From Clostridiales bacterium (GTDB lineage: Bacteria > Bacillota > Desulfotomaculia > Desulfotomaculales > VENG01), in the NCBI GenBank assembly GCA_016278505.1, contig JADQBQ010000002.1, positions 89,638-153,637 of the forward strand: DNA of 64,000 nt. The letters are read 5' to 3'. Under the pieces are notes generated by a model. That model was not told the DNA's origin, ran no database searches, and saw only the letters and a list, made by a program, of their open reading frames with translations. Of the stretch, positions 29,374-38,642 are shown in pieces. A program made the position numbers and the translations under genes. Numbering within the stretch: position 1 is the stretch's first letter; every line of letters begins with the position of its first letter.

Positions 29374-29402
29374 ATCATACCGCCGGTACGTATATACCTC
29401 AA
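29374..29402 (-). promoter_or_regulatory. possible promoter of the 225-aa orphan (TTGAGG-17-TATGAT)
   Basis: On the minus strand, TTGAGG lies at 29402..29397 and TATGAT at 29379..29374. Confidence 0.35.
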
Positions 29403-29530
29403 CGATAGATAATGTCAGTACGTAGGAAATTTTAGCGCCGACTTCGACACTGAGAAAAGACAAAAAGTGAAAACTATTTATCTGCTTCTTAAGACTCCTA
29501 CTCTACAAGTGGGAGTTTGCGGGATTTTGA

Positions 29531-30154
29531 CTATACTGATAAATGAATCAAAGCGTTTGTAATAGCGGCAGCAATAGGACTACCACCCCTTGTTCCGCGC
29601 AGAGCTATATAGTCTAAATCCGAATCAATAACGGCTTCTTTTGATTCAGCAGCACCGACAAAACCGACGGGTACCCCAATCACCAAGGCCGGCCGGCATA
29701 TTCCCTGTTCAGCCAGGGACAATATTTCAAAAAGAGCAGTGGGTGCATTTCCTATGGCAACTATTTGCCCGTCAATATGTTCTGCGTTAGTACGTATAGC
29801 CGCGGCGGCCCGGGTAATTCCCAAATCCTTAGCCATTTGGGCTACCTGTGGAGATGCAATATGACAATGAACCTGGCCTCCCAATTTATTAAGCAGCCGG
29901 GCACTAACACCTGAGCGAACCATATTAACATCGGTAAAAACGTCCTTGCCTTTCTTCAGTGCTTCCATACCGTTATTTATGGCTTGAGGAGAAAACTTAA
30001 TTAGGTTTATCAGACCGGGGTCACCTGATGTATGAACAACCCGCTTGATTACTGCCTTTTCTTCTGCGGGAAAGTTATAATCTTCCATGTATCCCTCAAT
30101 TATACGCATACTTTCTTCTATTATTGAAGCGGGATCCCAATTTATGTTATACAT
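29531..30154 (-). CDS. cbiC: cobalt-precorrin-8 methylmutase
   Basis: 207 aa with HTSGDP and IGNAPTAL motifs of CbiC/CobH. Confidence 0.88.
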   Translation of the reverse strand: MYNINWDPASIIEESMRIIEGYMEDYNFPAEEKAVIKRVVHTSGDPGLINLIKFSPQAINNGMEALKKGKDVFTDVNMVRSGVSARLLNKLGGQVHCHIASPQVAQMAKDLGITRAAAAIRTNAEHIDGQIVAIGNAPTALFEILSLAEQGICRPALVIGVPVGFVGAAESKEAVIDSDLDYIALRGTRGGSPIAAAITNALIHLSV

Positions 30155-30164
30155 GAAAATCCCC

Positions 30165-30539
30165 CTAAATTAGTTCAGAGGCATTTTTAGCCCTGTCCAT
30201 TATGATGTCTGCCATCCTGGGGTCTGCGCCAATGTGTCCTGCCAGCACAAATTGAACCTCCGGATGAGTAGTTTTTTGCAACAGCAGTCTGCTGGGAATG
30301 TCTCGTTTGATATGATTACCGGTCACCAGGAATATGGGCACAACAATTATTTTTTGGGCACCGGCCGCAATAAGGTTTTCCACTGCCTCGGCCAAGTTGG
30401 GCTCACCGAAGGAAAGATACCCCACCTCATAGAGACCATCACCGTATTTTTCTTTAACCAATTCACATATATCCAGTATAACCTGGTTGGCCTCTTCTCT
30501 TCGACTACCGTGACCAAGCAGGAGAATAGCTTCCTTCAT
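30165..30539 (-). CDS. cbiX: sirohydrochlorin cobaltochelatase, short form (CbiX-S type)
   Basis: 124 aa with LLLGHGSR and VVPIFL..G.H, matching the half-size CbiX architecture. Confidence 0.82.
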   Translation of the reverse strand: MKEAILLLGHGSRREEANQVILDICELVKEKYGDGLYEVGYLSFGEPNLAEAVENLIAAGAQKIIVVPIFLVTGNHIKRDIPSRLLLQKTTHPEVQFVLAGHIGADPRMADIIMDRAKNASELI

Positions 30540-30565
30540 GCTTTTGTCCTCCTCTAGTATAAAAA

Positions 30566-31339
30566 TTAGTAATTTAAAAACTTCTGCACTACTTTTTCCA
30601 CTGCTTCTTCCGGACTGCTTACAAGCAATGGATAATCAAAACAGGGACGCATCCATATAACAACATGTATGCCCAACTCCAACGCGGCAGCAACCTTCGT
30701 ATCTACCCCGCCGCTGTCTCCACTTTCTTTTGTTATAACTGCGCCGGCACCATAAAAACGGAAAAATTCCATGTTTAAACGCTTGCTAAAGGGGCCTTGG
30801 GCAGCAATGATTTGGTTAGGTCTCAGTCCCATTCTGCTGCACTCGGTAAGAACTTTGGGGTCAGGCAGAACCCTTGCTATTAATTTTGTTTCCCTTTTTT
30901 GAGCTTTATTGACAATGCGAAGCAGGTTTCTGCTTCCTATGGTGCTAAAAAGAACTCCGCCCACAGATAAAGCCTTATCAACAGCATCATCAAGACCATA
31001 AGCCTTTGCTACCAGCGGATGATCAGGTATTTGGGAGGCAGGACGCTCCAGCCTTATGTAATGCACCCCTTTTTCTTTACATAGCTCCAGGGCCATTTCG
31101 GTTATATTAACTGCATAGGGATGGGTGGCATCCACCAGTGCACGAATATTGTTACCTGTCAGTAAAGAGGATAACCGCTCACGCTCAAGAGGTCCTACCA
31201 GCACATCTTCAACCCCCGCATCCCGCAGCAAATCTGCACCGTATTCTGTCACTGCCGTAGCCACGGCCGGGATTCCCGCTGCACCAAGCCTTGTGGCGGT
31301 CATGCGCCCTTCCGAAGTGCCTGCCAGTACCAATATCAC
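30566..31339 (-). CDS. cbiJ: cobalt-precorrin-6A reductase
   Basis: 257 aa with a LAGTSEGR N-terminus and DATHPYA, typical of CbiJ/CobK. Confidence 0.85.
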   Translation of the reverse strand: MILVLAGTSEGRMTATRLGAAGIPAVATAVTEYGADLLRDAGVEDVLVGPLERERLSSLLTGNNIRALVDATHPYAVNITEMALELCKEKGVHYIRLERPASQIPDHPLVAKAYGLDDAVDKALSVGGVLFSTIGSRNLLRIVNKAQKRETKLIARVLPDPKVLTECSRMGLRPNQIIAAQGPFSKRLNMEFFRFYGAGAVITKESGDSGGVDTKVAAALELGIHVVIWMRPCFDYPLLVSSPEEAVEKVVQKFLNY

Positions 31340-32046
31340 AGCCTATATCCCCGCGGGGTCACCAGGTATCCATTTTCCACCATGGTTTCTGAATTACCAA
31401 TCACAACAGTTGTAAGCATATCAATCTCATGGTCCAGCATGTCCTTAAGATTAGTTACAATTCTCTCTTCCTCCCCCCGTTTTGCTTTACGCACAATTCC
31501 CACCGGCGTTTCCGGGGTGCGATGCCACAGTATAACTTCCCGGGCAGTATTTATATTATGGGGGCGCCCTTTACTTTTGGGATTATAAAGAACAATAACA
31601 AAGTCTCCCAAAGCTGCTGCCTCTATCCTTTCCACCATTTTTTTCCATGGCGTAAGCAAGTCACTAAGACTGATTACGGCAAAATCATTTACCAATGGTG
31701 CTCCCAGTGTTGCCGCTGCAGCTGTAGCGGCTGTAACCCCGGGAATGACCTCAACCGGCACTTCTCCACCGGCAACTTCCAGCACGATACCTGCCATCCC
31801 ATAAACTCCCGGATCACCACTGGAAACCATGCTGACCACTTTTCCCTCTCGTGCTAACTCTAAGGCCTGCCTGGCTCTGTCCACTTCCCGCTTCATCCCT
31901 GATACAATAACTTCGCTGCCTTGTGTTAAATCCGTAATTAAATCCACATAAGTCTTGTACCCTATTAACACATCACAATCACTAATGGCCTGAACGGCTT
32001 GCGGGGTCATACATTCTCTGTCTCCTGGCCCCAGTCCCACCACCAC
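31336..32046 (-). CDS. cbiH: cobalt-factor III / precorrin-3B C17-methyltransferase
   Basis: Tetrapyrrole methylase motif VVVGLGPGD. I placed the start at GTG 32046, 6 nt after GGAGGA. The track ORF extends to 32145, deep into cbiG. Confidence 0.82.
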   Translation of the reverse strand: MVVGLGPGDRECMTPQAVQAISDCDVLIGYKTYVDLITDLTQGSEVIVSGMKREVDRARQALELAREGKVVSMVSSGDPGVYGMAGIVLEVAGGEVPVEVIPGVTAATAAAATLGAPLVNDFAVISLSDLLTPWKKMVERIEAAALGDFVIVLYNPKSKGRPHNINTAREVILWHRTPETPVGIVRKAKRGEEERIVTNLKDMLDHEIDMLTTVVIGNSETMVENGYLVTPRGYRL

Positions 32047-33113
32047 AATTTTTCCTCCGCCACGGCCACTGTTACTGCCTTCATTTTCCTTTTGGGAACG
32101 ACAACCCTGCCCTGGTTGCACGCCAGCATTGCTGCAGGTTCGCATACTCCACCAACTCCTACCGTTTTTTTTACAAATTCCGATTCCTCGAAGGTTCCTG
32201 TCAACTTTTCTATGTCAGTCCGAGAGATTATTTCCACCGGTACACCGTAAAGTTCGGCAGCATACTTTATTCCCTCTTCATCCTTTTTGATATCCACGGT
32301 GGCCAGAGATTTTACTCTCTGATGGCCTGCGGGAATACCAGCCAGCACCTTTTCCACCGCATCTACTATTAGTTCGCCGGGCACTCCCCGGCGGCACCCT
32401 ATACCTATGACCAAATTACGAGGCAATAAATACAGTGGTCCTTCTTCCTTTCCTGGAGCCCTATCCACGATAACCTGCAGGTCATCATCTTTTAAACTGG
32501 CCATGTTAAACTGCTGAATTATCTCCTCCGGCAGCGTCCACCGGCTGCTCAGCCTTACAGGATCGCCCTCTGCCAGGGCGCGGTTAAATTGCTTAACCAT
32601 GGGCCGAGGAAAAGGCACACAGTTTAATTGACTGGCCAATATGTCCACGGCGGGCGTTCCCTCCACATCCGTTGCCGTGGTTATAACCGGGGTGGCACCT
32701 GTTAAGCCAGCCAACCGCCTGGCTAATAAATTAGCCCCTCCCACATGGCCTGAAATCAAGCTGATGGTAAATTGGCCGGCTTCATCCATAACTACCACCG
32801 CAGGGTCAGTATACTTAGACTCCATTAAAGAAGCAATGGTGCGTACCACAATTCCGGTGGCCATGATAAAGACAAGGGCCTTATAATTATTGAACAAATC
32901 TGTAACGGTTTCTTTAAACTGACAAAAATAATGGATATTATCAGTGAACCCTTCCACCACATTTTTTTCCGGTCTAAACCGTTCCGGCAGAAACAAGCTT
33001 GCATTCATTCTTGCTGCTACCTTTTTAGCCTGGACAACTCCCCCGGCAGTAAGGGCCAAGACCGCCGTGTTACTCTCCTGCCTGTCGATACTCATGACTA
33101 AACCCCTTGTCAT
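32007..33113 (-). CDS. cbiG: cobalt-precorrin-5A hydrolase
   Basis: 368 aa with the CbiG N-, mid- and C-domain pattern (IATGIVVR, GIGCRRG). Its 3' end overlaps cbiH by about 40 nt. Confidence 0.82.
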   Translation of the reverse strand: MTRGLVMSIDRQESNTAVLALTAGGVVQAKKVAARMNASLFLPERFRPEKNVVEGFTDNIHYFCQFKETVTDLFNNYKALVFIMATGIVVRTIASLMESKYTDPAVVVMDEAGQFTISLISGHVGGANLLARRLAGLTGATPVITTATDVEGTPAVDILASQLNCVPFPRPMVKQFNRALAEGDPVRLSSRWTLPEEIIQQFNMASLKDDDLQVIVDRAPGKEEGPLYLLPRNLVIGIGCRRGVPGELIVDAVEKVLAGIPAGHQRVKSLATVDIKKDEEGIKYAAELYGVPVEIISRTDIEKLTGTFEESEFVKKTVGVGGVCEPAAMLACNQGRVVVPKRKMKAVTVAVAEEKLWWWDWGQETENV

Positions 33114-33819
33114 AAAGCTTGGATAGCCCTTCCCTGGTCAAAAATTCGCCCACAAATATTAAAGCCGTTTTAGTGATACCGGCAGCCTTGACCATACTCT
33201 CTAACTCTTGCAACTTACCATACAAAATTCTTTCTTCCGGCCACGAAACTTTTTCCACCACTGCCACCGGGGTTTCGGGGGGATACCCACAGCCTAACTC
33301 CTTGACTACTGAATCGATGATGGAAGCGGAGAGGAATATAGCCATTGTTGATTGGTGGCGGGCCAGATCCCTTAACTTTTCAGTATCGGGGACAGGAGTG
33401 CGGCCGGCCATCCTGGTAATAATAACCGTCTGGGTACCGTCCGGCACTGTAAACTCACGCTTAAGTGCTGCTCCGGCAGCTAAAAAAGAACTTACCCCGG
33501 GGACAACTTCGAAATTAACCCCTGCTTGTTGAAGCCTTTCCATCTGTTCCCCGGTAGCTCCATACAAACTGGGGTCCCCCGTATGTAAACGTACGACTGT
33601 TTCCCCTTTATTATCGGCCTCAACCATCAGCTTAACCATAGTGTCCAAATCCATGTGGGCACTGTTTTCAATCCTGGCGCCCTCCGTACAATGATCCAGC
33701 AGCTTGGGATTTACAAGCGACCCGGCGTAAATCACCAAATGAGCTTGCTGTAACAATCTACACCCCTTCAGGGTGATAAGTTCCGGATCACCGGCACCGG
33801 CACCGACAAAATATATCAC
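33070..33819 (-). CDS. cbiF: cobalt-precorrin-4 C11-methyltransferase
   Basis: IYFVGAGAGDPELITLKG and HTGDPSLYGA. Confidence 0.88.
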   Translation of the reverse strand: MIYFVGAGAGDPELITLKGCRLLQQAHLVIYAGSLVNPKLLDHCTEGARIENSAHMDLDTMVKLMVEADNKGETVVRLHTGDPSLYGATGEQMERLQQAGVNFEVVPGVSSFLAAGAALKREFTVPDGTQTVIITRMAGRTPVPDTEKLRDLARHQSTMAIFLSASIIDSVVKELGCGYPPETPVAVVEKVSWPEERILYGKLQELESMVKAAGITKTALIFVGEFLTREGLSKLYDKGFSHEYRQAGE

Positions 33820-34544
33820 TTATGCTCACCGTCCCAACCGTTTCGTTTTACCAACATAGCCGAGAGATAATCCTGCTTGGTTCCCCTTAAGGCTTCAATG
33901 TCAGTGGTATAAAAGCCGTCCTCAAAGCCGTAACGACAGGCAAAGGCAGCCTTATCGCTCAAATTATTTTCATCAAGTACACTGAGCACTTTTTCCAACT
34001 GCTTCCCTGCCTTTAAAATGATCACATTTTCAAAGTTCTTAAGTACTTTATCCAACTCTTGCTTAGGTTGTATTCCCGGTACCACAGCCAGCTTTTCATC
34101 CCCTTCGGCCAAAGGAATCTGCATCCACGCGGAAACTCCGTTGATGGCACTGACACCCGGAATTATTTCCACCTTAACATCCGTATCAATTTGGCGCACA
34201 AATTTCATTAAGTAAGTAAAAGTACTGTAAAGGGTAGGGTCTCCTAAAGTAATAAAAGCTACGTCCTTTCCGGAAGCCAGTTCACTGTTTATTTTTTGCG
34301 CAGCATTTATTTGGTGTCTTTCTAATTCTTCCTGGTCACGTGTCATGGGCAGTAAAAGCTCTATTACTTTCCATTCCCTTTTTAATGCACCGGAAACAAT
34401 GGAGAGAGCCAAACTTTCCCTCTCCTGCCTGGATTTTGGTATGCAAAGGACATCAACTTGTTCCAGTACACGCCGGGCCTTGATAGTTAATAATTCAGGA
34501 TCTCCAGGTCCCACACCGATGCCCCATAAAACTCCTAAGCTCAA
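33816..34544 (-). CDS. cbiL: cobalt-factor II / precorrin-2 C20-methyltransferase
   Basis: GIGVGPGDPELLTIKA and TLGDPTLYSTF. Confidence 0.86.
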   Translation of the reverse strand: MSLGVLWGIGVGPGDPELLTIKARRVLEQVDVLCIPKSRQERESLALSIVSGALKREWKVIELLLPMTRDQEELERHQINAAQKINSELASGKDVAFITLGDPTLYSTFTYLMKFVRQIDTDVKVEIIPGVSAINGVSAWMQIPLAEGDEKLAVVPGIQPKQELDKVLKNFENVIILKAGKQLEKVLSVLDENNLSDKAAFACRYGFEDGFYTTDIEALRGTKQDYLSAMLVKRNGWDGEHK

Positions 34545-34546
34545 AG

Positions 34547-35146
34547 TCAGATCTCCCCTTTTTGACCTGATATTATTTGTACCGGGTTAAGAGCATTCCA
34601 CAAGTGAACACTACCCCGGGAAACGGCTCTGGAGACACTCAGACCGGTAATGTTAATATCAGTAAAGTTATTATTCTCTAAAAACTTAATTACTTGGGGA
34701 CCGGTGTCAACTGTTACGCTGGTTACTACCAGCCTCCCACCGTCCTTTAATTTGATGTTTGTAGATTGTAAAATATCGGCCAGACAACCACCGCTTCCCC
34801 CGAGGAAAATACGGTCGGCAGCGGGTAAACCGTCCAATGCCTCAGGGGCTTTCCCGGTAACCGGCTCTATATTATCAAGTTGAAAACACTTTATGTTTTG
34901 CTTAATTAATGCCACCGCTTCAGGTTTTCTTTCTACCGCGAAAACTTTGCCGCAGCCCAGCAAGGCACATTCTACACCCACCGATCCCGTTCCCGCCCCG
35001 AGGTCATACATAATAGCCCCGGAAAAAATACGTAACAGGGAAATAGAGACAGCCCGTACTTCCTGCTTAGTCATTGGTACCCCTGCAAGTCTTTGAAAGT
35101 ACTCGTCCGGAATACCGGGAGAGGTGAAAGGCCATCTATTATTCAT
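34547..35146 (-). CDS. cbiT: cobalt-precorrin-6B C15-methyltransferase (decarboxylating)
   Basis: Class I SAM-MTase motif YDLGAGTGSV, about 200 aa, adjacent to cbiE. Confidence 0.85.
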   Translation of the reverse strand: MNNRWPFTSPGIPDEYFQRLAGVPMTKQEVRAVSISLLRIFSGAIMYDLGAGTGSVGVECALLGCGKVFAVERKPEAVALIKQNIKCFQLDNIEPVTGKAPEALDGLPAADRIFLGGSGGCLADILQSTNIKLKDGGRLVVTSVTVDTGPQVIKFLENNNFTDINITGLSVSRAVSRGSVHLWNALNPVQIISGQKGEI

Positions 35147-35768
35147 TATCTATCACCACCACCGCCGGAGTTGGGTCATTGCCTGCCGAAGCCAGTGTCC
35201 GTAAACTGCTGGTTATAACTTTTTCATTATCATAGGATAAATTGGTGCCTACAGCCACATGACAATCCGGGCAGCCTTTTTGCAAAAGATATGAGGCTAC
35301 TTCACAGGGAGTATACCGGTTGTCAGTCAATACGGCTACCATATTTCCACCCTTGATCAATTGGGCAAGTCCCTGTGGTGGCCTCCCGTGCAGGCTTATA
35401 ATTGAAGCCTTTTGCCAGGGCTTTTTTAGCCGGGCAAACATTAATTGAACAGAACTCACGCCCGGTATAAAATTTAAAGTTTCTGGTGAGAACCAGCGCG
35501 CCAAATAAGAAGCCAGGCTATAAATTCCTGTATCACCTGAAACCAGGACTGTTAGTTTATGTTGACGATAATTTTGTTCTATGAATTCTACTGCCCCTTT
35601 TAAGTCCTTATCGACCACAAATTGCTGTTGATGAGCATGTGCAAAGGATTCCAGCAGGCGCCTGCCTCCCAACACAACCGTCGCATCGGCAATTGCAGCC
35701 GCCCCCGCCGGCGTAAGAAAATCAGGATGGCCCGGGCCGGTTCCAACTACAGTTATTTTGCCTTCCAT
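35139..35768 (-). CDS. cbiE: cobalt-precorrin-7 C5-methyltransferase
   Basis: ITVVGTGPGHPDFLTP and SGDTGIYS. Confidence 0.85.
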   Translation of the reverse strand: MEGKITVVGTGPGHPDFLTPAGAAAIADATVVLGGRRLLESFAHAHQQQFVVDKDLKGAVEFIEQNYRQHKLTVLVSGDTGIYSLASYLARWFSPETLNFIPGVSSVQLMFARLKKPWQKASIISLHGRPPQGLAQLIKGGNMVAVLTDNRYTPCEVASYLLQKGCPDCHVAVGTNLSYDNEKVITSSLRTLASAGNDPTPAVVVIDNE

Positions 35769-36886
35769 CCAAGTACCTCCCCTATTTCCTCAGCCGGCCG
35801 GTCACTGCCTAAAATACCACTGGAAAAAGAATACAATATTGTTCCAACCTTAAGTTTATGGCCGCAAAACTCCTCTGCCCGGCGACTGGCCATGGAAGCA
35901 ACAGAAGTGTACACTTCTTCTAACCCTTCCCTTTGTAACAACACAACCGATTCCTCTGCTGTATTTAATTCCATTATTTCTTTGACCAGCTCCCGGCCGG
36001 CGCCCAGCAATGCCGCATGAGCCGCCAAAGTCTCCCGCCGGGCATCAGCAAGGCGGCTGTGAGTATGAAAAATACCCGCGGCAACCTTTAGGAGCTTACC
36101 AACATGTCCTAATAGAATTATACCATCCAAATCTTTTCTTGCACTTTCCTCCAGCATGGTCCCTATGAAATTACTGGTTTGTACTATGGCATCCTCTGGA
36201 AACCCCAGTTCCTCAGCCTTATTAGCACCCATGCGGCCGGGTGTAAGTACCAGGTGCCGGTACCCTAAAGCCACCGCCTGGTCTATTTGCGGCACCAGAG
36301 AGCGTTGGTAAGCATCCTCTGACATAGGCCTTACAATGCCGGAGGTACCCAGTATAGATATCCCCCCCATGATGCCCAGCCGGGGGTTTAGCGTTTTAGC
36401 GGCCAAATCCTCTCCTCCCGGTGCTTCAATGGTTACAAGGGCCCCGCTTTTACCCTGTATCACCTTATCCATTTCTTGTTTAATCATTGTACTTGGTACA
36501 GGGTTTATTGCAGGCTTACCCACCGCGACCGACAGCCCGGGCTTGGTCACTTTGCCAATACCCCGGCCCCCTTGCAGAACAATTCCACCTGGCTGCAAAC
36601 AAACCTTTGCTATTATTGTCAACCCGTCTGTTACATCAGGGTCATCACCGGCATCTTTGACTACAAATGCCGCAGCTTCACTGCCATTACAGGTTACTTT
36701 TATCACCGGTATTGTCAATTCTTGATCATCGGGAAGTGTAATGGTAGCTTCCTTGCTTGCAATACCCTGCACCAAAACCAGTGCCGCAGCTTTCGCTGCC
36801 GCAGCAGCACAACTTCCCGTAGTATATCCGCAACGCAGCTTCTGCGGGCCTGCATTCTCACTGGCACTCACTTTTTCTTTACTCAA
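35753..36886 (-). CDS. cbiD: cobalt-precorrin-5B C1-methyltransferase
   Basis: LRCGYTTGSCAAAAAKAA N-terminus, typical of CbiD. Confidence 0.88.
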   Translation of the reverse strand: MSKEKVSASENAGPQKLRCGYTTGSCAAAAAKAAALVLVQGIASKEATITLPDDQELTIPVIKVTCNGSEAAAFVVKDAGDDPDVTDGLTIIAKVCLQPGGIVLQGGRGIGKVTKPGLSVAVGKPAINPVPSTMIKQEMDKVIQGKSGALVTIEAPGGEDLAAKTLNPRLGIMGGISILGTSGIVRPMSEDAYQRSLVPQIDQAVALGYRHLVLTPGRMGANKAEELGFPEDAIVQTSNFIGTMLEESARKDLDGIILLGHVGKLLKVAAGIFHTHSRLADARRETLAAHAALLGAGRELVKEIMELNTAEESVVLLQREGLEEVYTSVASMASRRAEEFCGHKLKVGTILYSFSSGILGSDRPAEEIGEVLGWKAK

Positions 36887-38262
36887 TCTTCATCTCTCCT
36901 ACCGGCACAAGCACGTAAGAACCTCCGTGCTGCCATGGGATTAGAACGCAAATGCAGGTGCACATAGGACGCCAGTAAATTTTCCCTGGCATAGCCCTCT
37001 GTCCTTCCATCATGGCCTCTTCCGCCGTAGAGCTTGTAAGCTGTGCACAAGTCAGGACGACCCGTCATTTTAGAGTAGTGAAACTCGTGCCCCCGCAGTT
37101 CTTCCCCGGGCTGTGCCAGAATGCTTTCGGTAACAGACTTAGCAGTTACGTAACCCAAAGCCTCCAATTTCGGTTGCATTTGAATACTTCCAGGTACCAG
37201 ACCGACTCCGTCAAACACGTGGCCGTCGAAGTCGACAATCTTTTCTGCCAGGTACATTAACCCCCCACATTCCGCATATATGGGTATCCCACTGGCCGCT
37301 GTTTGGCGCAAACTGTCCCTCATACCCAAATTCCGTGTCAGCCGGGGTAAAAACATTTCGGGAAAACCGCCACCTAAATAAACCCCGTCTACACCACTGG
37401 GAACACAGGAATCATATTGTGGACTAAAATAAACCAACTCTGCACCTAATTCTTCCAGGTAGTCCAAACTGTCCTGGTAATAAAAGTTAAAAGCCTCATC
37501 CCTGCCTACAGCTACCCTAACTCGAAAGCTTTCTTTAGGCCTTTCCACTGTCCGTTTTTCTTCCACGGGCGGGGCATCCCGCGCCACCGCCAACAAGCGG
37601 TCCAGGTCTACATCCTCCGCTACAGCAGTAGTCAACTCTTCTAGTAGCCCTTCAAGTCCCCCATGCTCGGCGGCAGGCAGTAACCCCAGATGTCGCTCCG
37701 GCATGTTTATATTGGGATACCTCCTGACCGTACCCAGTACAGGGACTCCTACTTCTTCCTCTACAATCTTTTTAATGGACTCTACATGCCTGGGGCCCCC
37801 CACATTATTAAAAATGACCCCTGCTACATTAACACTCGGATCAAAGTCACGGTAACCCTTTACCAGTGCTCCGCAGCTCCTGGCCATACCCCTGGCATTA
37901 ACCACCAGAATTACGGGCGCTTGCAGGAGACGGGCTATATGGGCCGTACTGCCGCAATCACCGTCACGCATACCGTCAAAAAGACCCATAACTCCTTCGA
38001 TTATAGAAATATGGCCAAGCTCTGAATGGCGATAGAACACTTCCTGCACAACATCATTTGTTCCCATCCACGCATCTAAGTTGTGCGAATCCGCTCCTGA
38101 GGCTACCCGGTGTAAACCCGGGTCAATATAATCCGGACCTACTTTAAAAGGTTGAACGATCAGACCGCGTTTCTTTAGCGCACTCAATAAGCCCAGTGTA
38201 AGCGTGGTTTTCCCGGCACCACTGTGGGTACCTGCAAGCACAACACGGGGAACCCGCACCAT
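36883..38262 (-). CDS. cbiA: cobyrinate a,c-diamide synthase
   Basis: AGTHSGAGKTT P-loop and a C-terminal glutamine amidotransferase domain (YAECGGLMYL, GHEFHYS). Confidence 0.9.
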   Translation of the reverse strand: MVRVPRVVLAGTHSGAGKTTLTLGLLSALKKRGLIVQPFKVGPDYIDPGLHRVASGADSHNLDAWMGTNDVVQEVFYRHSELGHISIIEGVMGLFDGMRDGDCGSTAHIARLLQAPVILVVNARGMARSCGALVKGYRDFDPSVNVAGVIFNNVGGPRHVESIKKIVEEEVGVPVLGTVRRYPNINMPERHLGLLPAAEHGGLEGLLEELTTAVAEDVDLDRLLAVARDAPPVEEKRTVERPKESFRVRVAVGRDEAFNFYYQDSLDYLEELGAELVYFSPQYDSCVPSGVDGVYLGGGFPEMFLPRLTRNLGMRDSLRQTAASGIPIYAECGGLMYLAEKIVDFDGHVFDGVGLVPGSIQMQPKLEALGYVTAKSVTESILAQPGEELRGHEFHYSKMTGRPDLCTAYKLYGGRGHDGRTEGYARENLLASYVHLHLRSNPMAARRFLRACAGRRDED

Positions 38263-38276
38263 AAAACCTCCCCAGT

Positions 38277-38575
38277 AAAAAACTCCTTACCCGAAACGGA
38301 TAAGGAGCTATCAATTGTGATGACCTAACTACTAACTACTTATTAAAAGTTAGTCTACACTCACCTTTCCGCGAAGGTGTCCTGCGTTTAAAACGGCATG
38401 GGCAGGTTTCCTGGCTCCCGGATCATCCTTCCTTTACACCTTCCCGCCCGGCACTTGCGGCGGGCAGTGGTAGTTTACGTAAAGACTATCCCCGGTTACA
38501 GTGGCGGGACCGCTCGGGCTTCACACCCAATTCCCTATTAACCCCCGAAAGGGCACCCATACTGTATTTATGCAA
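38277..38575 (-). promoter_or_regulatory. cobalamin (B12) riboswitch with intrinsic-terminator expression platform
   Basis: The minus strand reads GGUGCCCUUUCGGGGGUUAAUAGGGAAUUGGGUGUGAAGCCCGAGCGGUCCCGCCACUGUAACCGGGG...AGCCAGGAAACCUGCCC (B12 box GCCACUG and flanking conserved blocks). A CUCCUUAUCCG-UUU-CGGGUAAGGAG hairpin plus UUUUUU (38307..27277 region, U-run 38282..38277) follows, just before the GGGGAGG RBS of cbiA. Confidence 0.88.
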
Positions 38576-38596
38576 TTATGTAGATTAGTTAGTTAA

Positions 38597-38625
38597 ATTA
38601 TAATTTATTCACCAATAAAAGACAA
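38597..38625 (-). promoter_or_regulatory. sigma-A-like promoter of the cbi operon (TTGTCT-17-TATAAT)
   Basis: On the minus strand, TTGTCT lies at 38625..38620 and TATAAT at 38602..38597, directly upstream of the riboswitch. Confidence 0.6.
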
Positions 38626-38642
38626 GGTTTACTTTGGAACGG

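Noticed and set aside
32007-32145. Possible cbiG-cbiH fusion or programmed frameshift suggested by 139 nt of double-open frame
   Set aside because: A GGAGGA RBS plus GTG 32046 gives a normal-length CbiH starting at the VVVGLGPGD motif. The two frames are simply both free of stops, and I see no slippery sequence.
38318-38345. Short tandem CTAACTA-CTAACTA repeat, which raised the idea of a repeat element
   Set aside because: There are only two copies, located in the linker between the cobalamin aptamer and its terminator. It most simply forms part of the expression-platform pairing (ACUAACU/AGUUAGU).
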